A stretch of 64,000 nucleotides of DNA, taken from an uncultured Atopobiaceae bacterium. Its GTDB lineage: Bacteria > Actinomycetota > Coriobacteriia > Coriobacteriales > Atopobiaceae. Location of the stretch: positions 1,960,238 to 2,024,237 of the forward strand of contig OZ006979.1 in the NCBI GenBank assembly GCA_963931035.1. Reading direction: 5' to 3'. Below the pieces are notes generated by a model that worked only from the letters and a program-made list of their open reading frames with translations, had not been told where the DNA came from and made no database searches. Position 1 is the first letter of the stretch; each line of letters opens with the position of its first letter. The position numbers and the translations under genes are program-made. Of the stretch, positions 10,492 to 19,596 are shown piece after piece.

Positions 10492-11835
10492 ATGCTGCTC
10501 GTCACCAATGGTCGCGTCATCACGCGCGACGCTGACAACGCTTACCTCGAGAACGGCGCCGTTGCCATCGATGGCGAGAAGATCGCCGAGGTCGGCGACG
10601 CCCGAGCCCTGGCCGAGAAGTACCCGCAGGCCGAGGTCGTGGACGCCCACGGCGGCGTCATCATGCCGGGCCTGGTGAACTGCCACACCCACATCTACTC
10701 CGGCCTGGCTCGCGGCCTCTCCATCAAGGGCTGCAACCCCACCAACTTCCTCGAGAACCTCGAGCAGCAGTGGTGGAAGATCGACGACAACCTCACGCTC
10801 GACGGCACCCGCGCGAGCGCCTATGCCACCGTGCTCGACAGCCTGCGCGACGGCGTGACCACGATCTTCGACCACCACGCGAGCTTCTGCGAGATCCCCG
10901 GCTCCCTCTTCGCGATCAAGGACGTCTGCGAGGAGACGGGCATCCGCGCGTGCCTGTGCTACGAGACCTCAGACCGCCGCGGTGACGAGAAGCGCGACCA
11001 GTCGATCGCCGAGAACGCCGAGTTCGCGCGGTGGGCGGCCGAGCAGGACTCCGGCATGATCGCCGCGATGTTCGGCGGCCACGCCACCTTCACGCTCTCC
11101 GACGAGACGATGGACAAGATGGCCGAGGCCAACGACGGCCTCACCGGCTTCCACATCCACGTCTGCGAGGGCATGAACGACGTCTGGGACAGCCGCCTGA
11201 ACCGCGGCGGAATCTCGCCGATCGAGCGCCTGCTGCAGCACGACCTCCTGGGCCCGCGCACGATGCTCGGCCACTGCATCCACGTCACGCCCGCCGAGAT
11301 GGACATCATCAAGGAGACCGGCACCCACATCGTCAACAACCCCGAGTCCAACATGGGCAACGCCGTGGGCTGCGCGCCGGTGCTCGAGTTCTACCGCCGC
11401 GGCATCCCGGTGCACATGGGCACCGACGCCTACACGCACGACATGCTCGAGAGCCTCAAGGTCTTCCTCATCATCCAGCGCCACAACGCGGCCATGCCCA
11501 ACGTGGGCTGGGTCGAGGCTATGACGATGCTCTTCCAGAACAACCCCGCCATGGCGAGCGCCTACTTCGGGCGCGAGGTCGGCGTGCTCAAGCCCGGCGC
11601 CGCGGCCGACGTCATCGTGATGGACTACCCGGTCTTCACGCCGTTTTCGGACGAGAACATCGACGGCCACATGCTCTTCGGCATGATGGGCAAGAACTGC
11701 CGCACCACCATCGTCAACGGCAAGGTGCTCTACAAGGATCGCGAGTTCGTGGCCTTTGACGAGGAGCGCATCAACGCCTGGACCCTCGAGCAGTCCAAGT
11801 TGCTCTGGGGCACCCTGAACGAGCGCACGTACTAG
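10492..11835 (+). CDS. ssnA: SsnA-type putative aminohydrolase (amidohydrolase/chlorohydrolase superfamily)
   Basis: Metal-binding HxH (VNCHTHIYSG) plus downstream His and Asp residues typical of the cytosine/guanine deaminase-like fold. It sits adjacent to a ygfK homolog, as in the E. coli ssnA-ygfK arrangement. Confidence 0.7.
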   Translation: MLLVTNGRVITRDADNAYLENGAVAIDGEKIAEVGDARALAEKYPQAEVVDAHGGVIMPGLVNCHTHIYSGLARGLSIKGCNPTNFLENLEQQWWKIDDNLTLDGTRASAYATVLDSLRDGVTTIFDHHASFCEIPGSLFAIKDVCEETGIRACLCYETSDRRGDEKRDQSIAENAEFARWAAEQDSGMIAAMFGGHATFTLSDETMDKMAEANDGLTGFHIHVCEGMNDVWDSRLNRGGISPIERLLQHDLLGPRTMLGHCIHVTPAEMDIIKETGTHIVNNPESNMGNAVGCAPVLEFYRRGIPVHMGTDAYTHDMLESLKVFLIIQRHNAAMPNVGWVEAMTMLFQNNPAMASAYFGREVGVLKPGAAADVIVMDYPVFTPFSDENIDGHMLFGMMGKNCRTTIVNGKVLYKDREFVAFDEERINAWTLEQSKLLWGTLNERTY

Positions 11836-11934
11836 GAACCGTTGGCCGGGCGCGAGGGGTGCCCGGCCCCACTCGGCCTCCGCGGGGCCGACCGTCACCT
11901 TTCGCCGGCGCGCGGTCTCGCCGGCGGGCCACAT

Positions 11935-11967
11935 GATTCAAAAGGGGTCTGTCCCCTTTTGGATCAC
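11935..11967. promoter_or_regulatory. Conserved palindromic hairpin element gattcaaaagggg-tctgt-ccccttttggatca, ending about 15 nt before the ygfK start codon
   Basis: Read directly. The same element with an inverted loop occurs at 57518-57550, and related copies at 14989-15019 and 15053-15083. Confidence 0.5.
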
Positions 11968-11981
11968 GGAGAGGAGCAACA

Positions 11982-14978
11982 ATGAGCGATGTCATGAGGC
12001 CGATCCCGTTCGCGCAGGTCATGGACTGGGTCCTGACCGAGCACGACACGCAGGCCAGCATCTTCGGCGTGCGCAAGGCCTACGTCCACGAGGGCGGCGC
12101 CGAGCCCATCTTTGCCGAGAAGATCGAGACCCCCTTCGGCCCGGCCGCCGGCCCCAACACCCAGCTCGCGCAGAACATCATCGCCTCCTACGTGGCGGGC
12201 TCGCGCTTCTTCGAGCTCAAGACCGTCCAGGTCATGGACGGCGAGGAGCTCTCCGCCTGCGTGAACAAGCCCTGCATCGTGGCCGAGGACGAGTGCTACA
12301 ACTGCGAGTGGTCCACCGAGCTCACGGTGCCCGACGCCTTCGCCGAGTACGTCAAGGCCTGGTGGGCCTGCAAGCTCATCGCCCGCGAGTACGGCCTGGG
12401 CGACCCGGACGGCTTTGTCTTCAACATGTCTGTGGGCTACAGCCTCGAGGGCATCAAGTCCGAGAAGGTCGACAAGTACATCGAGGGCATGAAGGACGCC
12501 TCCGGCACCGAGGTCTGGGCCGAGTGCCGCGACTGGGCCCTCGCCAACCTCGACCGCTTTGACAACGTCGACGCCGACTTCGTCAACGCCGTCTCCCCGC
12601 AGGTCTCCAACTCCGTCACCGAGTCCACGCTTCACGGCTGCCCGCCCGACGAGATCGAGCGCATCGCCACCTACCTCATCGCCGAGAAGGGCGTGAACAC
12701 CTACATCAAGTGCAACCCGACGCTCCTGGGCTACGACTTCGCCCGCGCGCGCCTGAACGAGCTCGGCTTTGACTACATCGTCTTCGACGACACGCACTTC
12801 CGCGAGGACCTGCAGTGGGTCGACGCCGTGCCCATGTTCGAGCGCCTCATCAAGCTCTGCGCCGAGAAGGGCCTCGCCTTCGGCGTCAAGCTCACCAACA
12901 CGTTCCCGGTGGACGTGACCCGCGGCGAGCTGCCGAGCGAGGAGATGTACATGTCCGGCCGCTCGCTCTTCCCGCTCACGATCGAACTCGCGCGTCGCAT
13001 CGCCCGCCAGTTCGAGGGCAAGCTGCGCATCTCCTACTCCGGCGGCGCCGACGCCCGCAACATCCGCGAGCTCTACGCGGCCGGCATCTGGCCGATCACC
13101 ATGGCCACCAACGTCCTCAAGCCCGGCGGCTACGAGCGCTTCTTCCAGATCGCCGGTCTTCTCGCCGGCGCCCCGCGCGCCGAGGTCGTGGACGTCGACG
13201 CCGTGACCGAGCTCGCGGCCCGCGTGGCCTCCGGCAAGGATTACCAGAAGCCCATCAAGCCGGCCAAGCCTCACAAGATCGACGCCGAGCTCCCGCTCAT
13301 GAGCTGCTTCACGGCGCCGTGCCGCACCGGCTGCCCCATCCAGCAGGACATCCCGGCCTACCTCTCCCGCGTGGACGAGGGCAAGTTCGCCGAGGCGCTC
13401 CAGATCGTCGTGGAGCGCAACGCCCTGCCGCACATCACCGGCAACCTCTGCCCGCACCCCTGCGGCGCCAAGTGCGAGCGCAGCTTCTACGAGCCCGAGG
13501 GCGCGCGCATCCGCGAGTCCAAGCTTGCAGCGGCGCGCGGCGGCTTCGACGAGGTCGTGAAGAAGCTCCGCGCCGCCGGTCCTTCTCGGCTTGCCTCTGC
13601 GGCCGATAAGAACGTCGCCGTGATCGGCGGCGGCCCGGCGGGTCTCGCCACCGCGTTCTTCCTCACGCGCGCCGGTGCCAAGGTCACCATCATCGAGCGC
13701 ACGGACAAGCTCGGCGGCGTGGCGCGCCACGTCATCCCCGAGTTCCGCATCTCCCACGACGACATCGACAAGGACGTGGCCCTCTGCCTCGCCTTTGGCG
13801 CGCAGGTCCAGATGGGGCGCGAGGTCACGAGCGTCCAGCAGCTCTTCGATGAGGGCTTCACGGACGTCGTGGTCGCCACGGGCGCGTGGGCGCCGGGCAA
13901 GGTGGGCCTCAAGGCCGGCGAGGAGATCGACGTTCTGGAGTTCCTCGAGGCCGCCAAGGCCGGCGAGCCTATGGAGCTGGGTACCGACGTCGTGATCGTG
14001 GGCGCCGGCAACACCGCCATGGACGCCGCGCGCGTGGCCAAGCGCGCCGAGGGCGTGCAGAACGTGCGCATCGTGTACCGCCGCACCAAGAAGGAGATGC
14101 CGGCGGACGAGGAGGAGCTGCAGCTGGCGCTCGAGGAGGGCGTGGAGCTCTGCGAGCTTCTCGCCCCGATCGGCGTGGCAGGTGGCCAGCTGGCCTGCGA
14201 GGTCATGCGCCTCGGCGAGCCGGACGAGTCCGGGCGTCGCCGCCCCGAGCCCACGGGCGACACCGTGGACGTCCCGGCCACGGCCGTGATCTGCGCCGTG
14301 GGCGAGCAGATCGAGCGCGGGCTCTACGAGGGCGCGGGCGTCGAGGTCGACCGCCGCGGCCGTCCGACCGGTACCGCCACTGGTGTGGACCACGTCTGGG
14401 CCGCCGGCGACTGCCGCCGCGGGCCGGCCACCTTCGTGGAGGCCATCGCCGACGCGCAGGCCGTCGCCCGCGACCTGGCCGGCGTCGACTTCAACGCCTA
14501 TGCCGACAAGAACGTCCGCGCCGACAAGTACGACGCCATCATGGGCCGCAAGGGCGACATCTGCCTCGACGTGGCCGGCTGCACGTCCAGCCGCTGCCTG
14601 GGCTGCGCCACCGTCTGCGAGGTCTGCTGCGACGTCTGCCCCAACCGCGCCAACGTGGCCATCAAGGTGCCGGGCCTCGCTCAGGAGCAGGTCGTCCACG
14701 TGGACGGCATGTGCAACGAGTGCGGCAACTGCGCCGTCTTCTGCCCGTGGAGCGGCCGTCCGTACAAGGACAAGCTCACGCTCTTCTGGAGCGCCGAGGA
14801 CATGGATGCGAGCGAGAACCGCGGGTTCCTCCCGCTGCCCGATGGCACGTTCCGCGTGCGCCTGGCGTCCGGCGAGGGCACCTACGACGTGAGCGACGCC
14901 GCCTGCGGCCTGCCCGAGGACGTGCGCCTCACCATTGCCGCGGTCCGCGACGACTACGCCTACCTGCTGGCCAAGTAA
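11982..14978 (+). CDS. ygfK: YgfK-like Fe-S/FAD oxidoreductase (homolog of E. coli 'putative selenate reductase subunit' YgfK; DPD-like N-terminus, pyridine-nucleotide-disulfide oxidoreductase centre, C-terminal 4Fe-4S cysteine clusters)
   Basis: 998 aa. Dinucleotide-binding GGGPAG..ERTDKLGG and VVIVGAGNTAMD motifs, plus C-terminal CxxCxxC...CP clusters. The size and architecture match YgfK. Confidence 0.75.
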   Translation: MSDVMRPIPFAQVMDWVLTEHDTQASIFGVRKAYVHEGGAEPIFAEKIETPFGPAAGPNTQLAQNIIASYVAGSRFFELKTVQVMDGEELSACVNKPCIVAEDECYNCEWSTELTVPDAFAEYVKAWWACKLIAREYGLGDPDGFVFNMSVGYSLEGIKSEKVDKYIEGMKDASGTEVWAECRDWALANLDRFDNVDADFVNAVSPQVSNSVTESTLHGCPPDEIERIATYLIAEKGVNTYIKCNPTLLGYDFARARLNELGFDYIVFDDTHFREDLQWVDAVPMFERLIKLCAEKGLAFGVKLTNTFPVDVTRGELPSEEMYMSGRSLFPLTIELARRIARQFEGKLRISYSGGADARNIRELYAAGIWPITMATNVLKPGGYERFFQIAGLLAGAPRAEVVDVDAVTELAARVASGKDYQKPIKPAKPHKIDAELPLMSCFTAPCRTGCPIQQDIPAYLSRVDEGKFAEALQIVVERNALPHITGNLCPHPCGAKCERSFYEPEGARIRESKLAAARGGFDEVVKKLRAAGPSRLASAADKNVAVIGGGPAGLATAFFLTRAGAKVTIIERTDKLGGVARHVIPEFRISHDDIDKDVALCLAFGAQVQMGREVTSVQQLFDEGFTDVVVATGAWAPGKVGLKAGEEIDVLEFLEAAKAGEPMELGTDVVIVGAGNTAMDAARVAKRAEGVQNVRIVYRRTKKEMPADEEELQLALEEGVELCELLAPIGVAGGQLACEVMRLGEPDESGRRRPEPTGDTVDVPATAVICAVGEQIERGLYEGAGVEVDRRGRPTGTATGVDHVWAAGDCRRGPATFVEAIADAQAVARDLAGVDFNAYADKNVRADKYDAIMGRKGDICLDVAGCTSSRCLGCATVCEVCCDVCPNRANVAIKVPGLAQEQVVHVDGMCNECGNCAVFCPWSGRPYKDKLTLFWSAEDMDASENRGFLPLPDGTFRVRLASGEGTYDVSDAACGLPEDVRLTIAAVRDDYAYLLAK

Positions 14979-14988
14979 CCAACCCGCG

Positions 14989-15083
14989 GCGTGCAAAGGG
15001 GACAGTCACTTTTGCACGCCGCGCATGAACTCGCCGGGTTCGGAATCTGGGTGCGTGCAAAAGTGACTGTCCCCTTTGCACGC
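14989..15083. promoter_or_regulatory. Two exact reverse-complement 31-bp copies (gcgtgcaaaggggacagtcacttttgcacgc at 14989-15019 and its reverse complement at 15053-15083) between ygfK and the ferredoxin/xdh genes. Each copy is itself a hairpin
   Basis: Read directly. It shares the core AAAGGGGACAG with the elements at 11935 and 57518. Confidence 0.5.
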
Positions 15084-15098
15084 AACGAGGGGAGAGAC

Positions 15099-15311
15099 AT
15101 GGACGACGAGCTCAAGCGCATCTGGGTCGCCGACGAGGGCTGCATAGGCTGCCGCCTCTGCGAGCGCGCGTGCCCCACCGGTGCCATGCGCGTGGAGGAC
15201 AAGCAGGCGGCAATCGACTACGCGCTCTGCATCGCGTGCGGCATGTGCGCCACCAAGTGCCGCAAGGGCGTCATCCACGACACGCTGGGCATCTACGCCC
15301 CGGCCCAGTAG
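15099..15311 (+). CDS. Small 4Fe-4S dicluster ferredoxin
   Basis: MDDELKRIWVADEGCIGCRLCERACPTGA...CIACGMCATKCRKG carries two CxxCxxCxxxCP motifs. GGGGAGAG RBS. Confidence 0.7.
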   Translation: MDDELKRIWVADEGCIGCRLCERACPTGAMRVEDKQAAIDYALCIACGMCATKCRKGVIHDTLGIYAPAQ

Positions 15312-15322
15312 GGGAGGAGACC

Positions 15323-18094
15323 ATGGCCGCTGGAACCGCCGTCAAGGCACCCGCCGAGTACCGCTTCACCGTCAACGGCGAGGAGCAGGTCGTCGCTACC
15401 GACAAGCCGCTCCTTCGCTACCTGCGCGACGAGCTTCATCTCACCTCCGTCAAGGACGGCTGCTCCGAGGGCGCGTGCGGCACCTGCACCGTGCTCGTGG
15501 ACGACCGCGCCACCAAGGCGTGCGTCCTCACCACGCGCCTAGCCGCAGGCCGCGACATCGTGACCGTGGAGGGCCTGCCCCACGAGGAGCAGGAGGCCTT
15601 CGTCTACGCCTTCGGTGCCGTGGGTGCCGTCCAGTGCGGATTTTGCATCCCCGGCATGGTCATGGCGGGCGCAGCCCTCATCCACAAGGTGCCCGACCCC
15701 ACCGAGGATCAGGTCAAAGTGGCCATCCGCGGCAACGTCTGCCGCTGCACCGGCTACAAGAAGATCATCGAGGGCATCCTGCTCGCCGCCGCCATCCTGC
15801 GGGGCGAGAAGAGCATCGACCCCGAGCTCGAGCGCGGCGACGACTACGGCGTGGGCAAGCGCGCCTTCCGCGTTGACGTGCGCCGCAAGGTCCTGGGCTT
15901 TGGCAAGTACCCCGATGACATCGACGAGCGCGACTTCCCGGACCTCACCTACGCCAGCGCCGTGCGCTCCAAGTACCCGCGCGCCCGCGTGGTCAAGATC
16001 GACGCCGAGAAGGCCCGCGCCATGCCGGGCGTCCTCGCCGTGCTCACGGCCGCCGACGTGCCCGTGAACGCCGTCGGCCACCTGCTCTACGACTGGGACG
16101 TCATGACGGCCGAGGGCGACATCACCCACTGCGTGGGCGACGCGATTGCCCTGGTGGTGGCTGAGGACGCCGCCACGCTGGAGAAGGCCAAGAAGGCCGT
16201 CAAGGTGGAGTACGAGGTCCTCGAGCCCGTCCGCTCCATCGAGGAGGCCCGCGCCGAGGGTGCGCCCGTGCTCCACAAGCCCTACCTCGCCTTTGGCACC
16301 TGGGTCACGCCCGAGAACAACATCTGCCAGCAGCGCCACGTGGTCCGCGGCGACGCTGCCGCCGCGCTCGCGGGAGCTGCGCACAAGGTGACGCGCACCT
16401 TCAAGACGCCGTTCACCGAGCACGCCTTCCTCGAGCCCGAGTGCGCCGTCGCCTTCCCGTACAAGGGCGGCGTCAAGGTGTGCTCGTCCGACCAGGGCGC
16501 CTACGACTCCCGCAAGGAGATCGCCCACATGCTGGGCTGGGACGCCACGCCCGAGAAGGTGGTCGTGGAGACCATGCTCGTGGGCGGCGGCTTTGGCGGC
16601 AAGGAGGACGTCTCCGTGCAGCACCTGGCCGCGCTCGCCGCGCTCGCGGTGGACCGTCCCGTCAAGGTGCGCCTCACGCGCCAGGAGTCCATCAACTTCC
16701 ACCCCAAGCGCCACTACATGGAGGGCACGTTCACCCTCGGCTGCGACGAGGACGGTACTTTCGTGGGCCTGGACTGCGAGATCAACTTCGACACCGGCGC
16801 CTACGCGTCGCTCTGCGGCCCGGTCCTGGAGCGCGCCTGCACGCACTCCGTGGGTCCCTACTGTTACCAGAACACGGACATCCGCGGCTTTGGCTGGTAC
16901 ACCAACAACCCGCCCGCCGGCGCGTTCCGCGGCTTCGGTGTCTGCCAGAGCGAGTTTGCGCTGGAGAGCCTCATCGACCTTCTCGCCGACGAGGTGGGCA
17001 TCTCCCCGTGGGAGATCCGGTACAGGAACGCCATCGAGCCGGGCAAGGTCCTGCCCAATGGCCAGATTGCCGACCGCTCCACTGCCCTCAAGGAGACCCT
17101 GCTCGCGGTGCGCGATGTCTACGAGGCGCACCCCGGCCACGCCGGCCTCGCCTGTGCGATGAAGAACGCGGGCGTGGGCGTGGGCCTGCCCGACGCCGGC
17201 CGCTGCAAGATCCGTGTGGAGGACGGCCGCGCCGTGGTCTACTCCGCCACCTCCGACATCGGCCAGGGCTGCAACACCGTCTTCCTGCAGGACGTTGCCG
17301 AGGCCACCGGACTTCCGCTTGCAAACATCGTGAACGGCGAGTGCTCCACCGAGAACGCGCCCGACTCCGGCACCACCTCCGGGTCGCGCCAGACCCTCAT
17401 CACCGGCGAGGCCGTGCGCGGCGCGGCGTTCCTGCTGCGCGACGCCATGCTCGCGGTGGAGGAGGGCACCGAGACCGGCACGGAGCCCGTGGTCGCCCAC
17501 GGTGACGGCTTTGTGGTTGAGTACGCCGACGGCACGCCCTACGTGGGCCCGGGCGCCGGCTACCACGCGCAGGACCCGGTGGCCGCGCTCGCCAAGCTCG
17601 AGGGCCGCGAGTTCTCCTACGAGTATCTCGAGAAGACCGACAAGCTCGGCGCGGACGTGCCCAACCCCAAGAGCCACGTGGCCTACGGCTATGCCACGCA
17701 CGTGGTGATCCTGGACGATGACGGCCGCGTGACCGAGGTCCACGCTGCGCACGACTCCGGGCGCGTGGTGAACCCGATTGCCATCCAGGGCCAGATCGAG
17801 GGCGGTGTGCTCATGGGCATGGGCTACGCGCTGACCGAGCGCTTTGACCTCGAGGACTGCGCGCCGCAGGTGAAGTTCGGCACGCTGGGCCTCTTCAGGG
17901 CGACGGACATTCCGGACATCCACGCGATCTACGTCGAGAAGGACGAGCTTTTGGACGTGGCGTACGGCGGCAAGGGCATCGGCGAGATCGCCACGATCCC
18001 GACGGCACCCGCGGTGCAGAACGCCTACCGTGCGCTCACCGGCGAGCTGCAGTGCGAACTGCCGCTGCGCCACTCGTACTACGCGCGCGACTAG
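15323..18094 (+). CDS. xdhD: Xanthine dehydrogenase-family molybdenum hydroxylase with fused N-terminal 2Fe-2S domain (XdhD-like; candidate selenium-dependent purine/urate hydroxylase)
   Basis: N-terminal 2Fe-2S ferredoxin plus [2Fe-2S]-binding domain (CSEGACGTCTV, QCGFCIPG, CRCTGY) followed by an aldehyde-oxidase/xanthine-DH molybdopterin-binding domain (GGGFGGKE). GGGGAGGAGA RBS. No FAD domain, as in E. coli XdhD. Confidence 0.8.
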   Translation: MAAGTAVKAPAEYRFTVNGEEQVVATDKPLLRYLRDELHLTSVKDGCSEGACGTCTVLVDDRATKACVLTTRLAAGRDIVTVEGLPHEEQEAFVYAFGAVGAVQCGFCIPGMVMAGAALIHKVPDPTEDQVKVAIRGNVCRCTGYKKIIEGILLAAAILRGEKSIDPELERGDDYGVGKRAFRVDVRRKVLGFGKYPDDIDERDFPDLTYASAVRSKYPRARVVKIDAEKARAMPGVLAVLTAADVPVNAVGHLLYDWDVMTAEGDITHCVGDAIALVVAEDAATLEKAKKAVKVEYEVLEPVRSIEEARAEGAPVLHKPYLAFGTWVTPENNICQQRHVVRGDAAAALAGAAHKVTRTFKTPFTEHAFLEPECAVAFPYKGGVKVCSSDQGAYDSRKEIAHMLGWDATPEKVVVETMLVGGGFGGKEDVSVQHLAALAALAVDRPVKVRLTRQESINFHPKRHYMEGTFTLGCDEDGTFVGLDCEINFDTGAYASLCGPVLERACTHSVGPYCYQNTDIRGFGWYTNNPPAGAFRGFGVCQSEFALESLIDLLADEVGISPWEIRYRNAIEPGKVLPNGQIADRSTALKETLLAVRDVYEAHPGHAGLACAMKNAGVGVGLPDAGRCKIRVEDGRAVVYSATSDIGQGCNTVFLQDVAEATGLPLANIVNGECSTENAPDSGTTSGSRQTLITGEAVRGAAFLLRDAMLAVEEGTETGTEPVVAHGDGFVVEYADGTPYVGPGAGYHAQDPVAALAKLEGREFSYEYLEKTDKLGADVPNPKSHVAYGYATHVVILDDDGRVTEVHAAHDSGRVVNPIAIQGQIEGGVLMGMGYALTERFDLEDCAPQVKFGTLGLFRATDIPDIHAIYVEKDELLDVAYGGKGIGEIATIPTAPAVQNAYRALTGELQCELPLRHSYYARD

Positions 18095-18185
18095 GGGCCG
18101 CGCCGCCCGTGCGCCCGCGGAGGGCGCCCGACCTGACATACCCCCGCGACAAGTAGCTCCGCTTCGTCGCACATCCCTTGCTTGG

Positions 18186-18226
18186 GGCCCGCCGGTTTGC
18201 CATGCCCGGCGGGCCCTCGTTTTGTG
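18186..18226. terminator. Rho-independent terminator of xdh (11-bp GC stem gggcccgccgg/ccggcgggccc followed by tcgttttgtg)
   Basis: Read directly. Confidence 0.6.
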
Positions 18227-18235
18227 CGAGCTGCC

Positions 18236-18709
18236 TCAACCTGCGAAGTCGAACGCTGCGGTCGCGAAGTTGACCGACTCCTCGTTTCGTGCGGCTACTT
18301 GCTGGTACAACTTGAAGTCAGCAGTGATGACGGGGATACCCTCCTCAGCGAGCTCCACGTAAGATGCGTCGGTGAATCCCAGCCACATGAAGGGCTGTGC
18401 TTCAACTACCTTGACGGCGGGGACGTGCTTCTCGTTGAGCGCCTCTCCAGACTCGATGAGCTCCCTCAGTATCTGATAGCAGCGCGTGCGGGAACCCTTG
18501 TCCGAGTCCAGGAGATTGGTCGTCTCCGCGAGACATCCTGGTGTGACGACAATTTCGTCATAGCTTGCAAGAAGCCTGCAGAGCACGTCGTAGGAGCCAG
18601 CATCGTAGGCGGCAAGACGCTTGTGACGGGCTATTGTCGAGCGGTCTGCGAGTCCAACAAGAAAGAGCAGGAATACGTTGGTGTCGAGCGCAACTTTACG
18701 CCGGCTCAT
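18236..18709 (-). CDS. PIN-domain toxin (VapC-like ribonuclease)
   Basis: N-terminal VALDTNVFLLFL has the first PIN acidic residue. About 157 aa. It overlaps the upstream small gene by 14 bp. Confidence 0.65.
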   Translation of the reverse strand: MSRRKVALDTNVFLLFLVGLADRSTIARHKRLAAYDAGSYDVLCRLLASYDEIVVTPGCLAETTNLLDSDKGSRTRCYQILRELIESGEALNEKHVPAVKVVEAQPFMWLGFTDASYVELAEEGIPVITADFKLYQQVAARNEESVNFATAAFDFAG

Positions 18710-18977
18710 GGTAGGGCTCCATCCTCTTGAGCTCGAGCGTAGCTCTGTCGAGGATGAGCGTCTTATAGGTGCGCAGTGACTTTGGGCTTGTAGTGAGTCC
18801 TGCAAGGGCCGTTGCCGGAAGGTCGCTTCCGAGGACGTAACCAACAACGACGCGCCAGCTGGTTTCGTCCTCGCTCAACTCGATGCCCTCGAGAGCTGCG
18901 TACCTGGCCTCCGGGATGAGCTCCACGAGAATCTCAACCGCTCTCTTTGCTGCTGCCTGCGCCGACGAGACGTCCAT
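18696..18977 (-). CDS. Putative antitoxin partner of the PIN toxin (unclassified family)
   Basis: Small ORF immediately upstream of the PIN gene and overlapping it in the classic TA arrangement. Palindromic operator-like sequences lie upstream (18990-19100). Confidence 0.4.
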   Translation of the reverse strand: MDVSSAQAAAKRAVEILVELIPEARYAALEGIELSEDETSWRVVVGYVLGSDLPATALAGLTTSPKSLRTYKTLILDRATLELKRMEPYHEPA

Positions 18978-19596
18978 GACGAGTCCTCCAACCATGTCGT
19001 TCCTTTCTCTTCAAGTGTAGCGCGCTCGCGTTCAAGCTCTTGAGGTAGTTCCTCATGAAGCCTCCGTGCCTCCATTGAGGGGTAAGACCCTAGCACGGAG
19101 GCGGTAGGCCTTGTCTTGCAGTTGTCTTCCACGTAGCTGCGTTCCCAGCTCAAGACAGTTGAGAAGGACATATGATTCGAATCTCTATCGACAGACGGTC
19201 GGGTTTCGTGTGTCACCGGTAGATAAGTTGCCTTGGGTGCAAATCGTTGCGTCGCGCGTCCGCACAATGGGTGTCGGGGACAGCGAACGGCATAGTCGCC
19301 GTCAAAACGGCTTGCTGGAAGAAGCGCTTGTGGACAGCGAGGGCCAGGCGTTCGCGACGCTCGCGACTTTACCGCCAAATCTTTACCGCCAGTGGCGGTA
19401 AAACGCCTATCGGCGCGGAGGCCAAGATTATTCTGCTGAGAATTATTCTGCGGAGAATAATCATGCGGCCGAGAAGGGCGCGGCGCTTCAAGCGTAGCCC
19501 GACAATCAACGCTCCCGTCACGCTACGGAAACACGGGTAGGGCAAAGTTACCCTTTGTGTAGCTGAAACTGCCCGCGCCCCGTCGAGAGGCCCTCC

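Noticed and set aside
11964-14996. 1010-aa ORF on the minus strand spanning ygfK
   Set aside because: Mirror-frame artefact of the ygfK coding region (GC3-rich) with no motifs. ygfK in the plus frame has clear dinucleotide-binding and Fe-S motifs.
15040-15098. Sigma-54 (-24/-12) promoter in front of ferredoxin-xdh, by analogy with YgeV control in E. coli
   Set aside because: TTTGCA resembles a -12 box but no TGGCAC is at the required spacing. No sigma-54 activator gene is seen in the window.
11982-18094. Selenocysteine (in-frame TGA plus SECIS) in ygfK or xdh
   Set aside because: Both reading frames are uninterrupted. Selenium in this enzyme family is a labile cofactor, not Sec.
15539-18172. 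877-aa minus-strand ORF spanning xdh
   Set aside because: Same antisense artefact. The plus-strand gene has diagnostic 2Fe-2S and molybdopterin-binding motifs.
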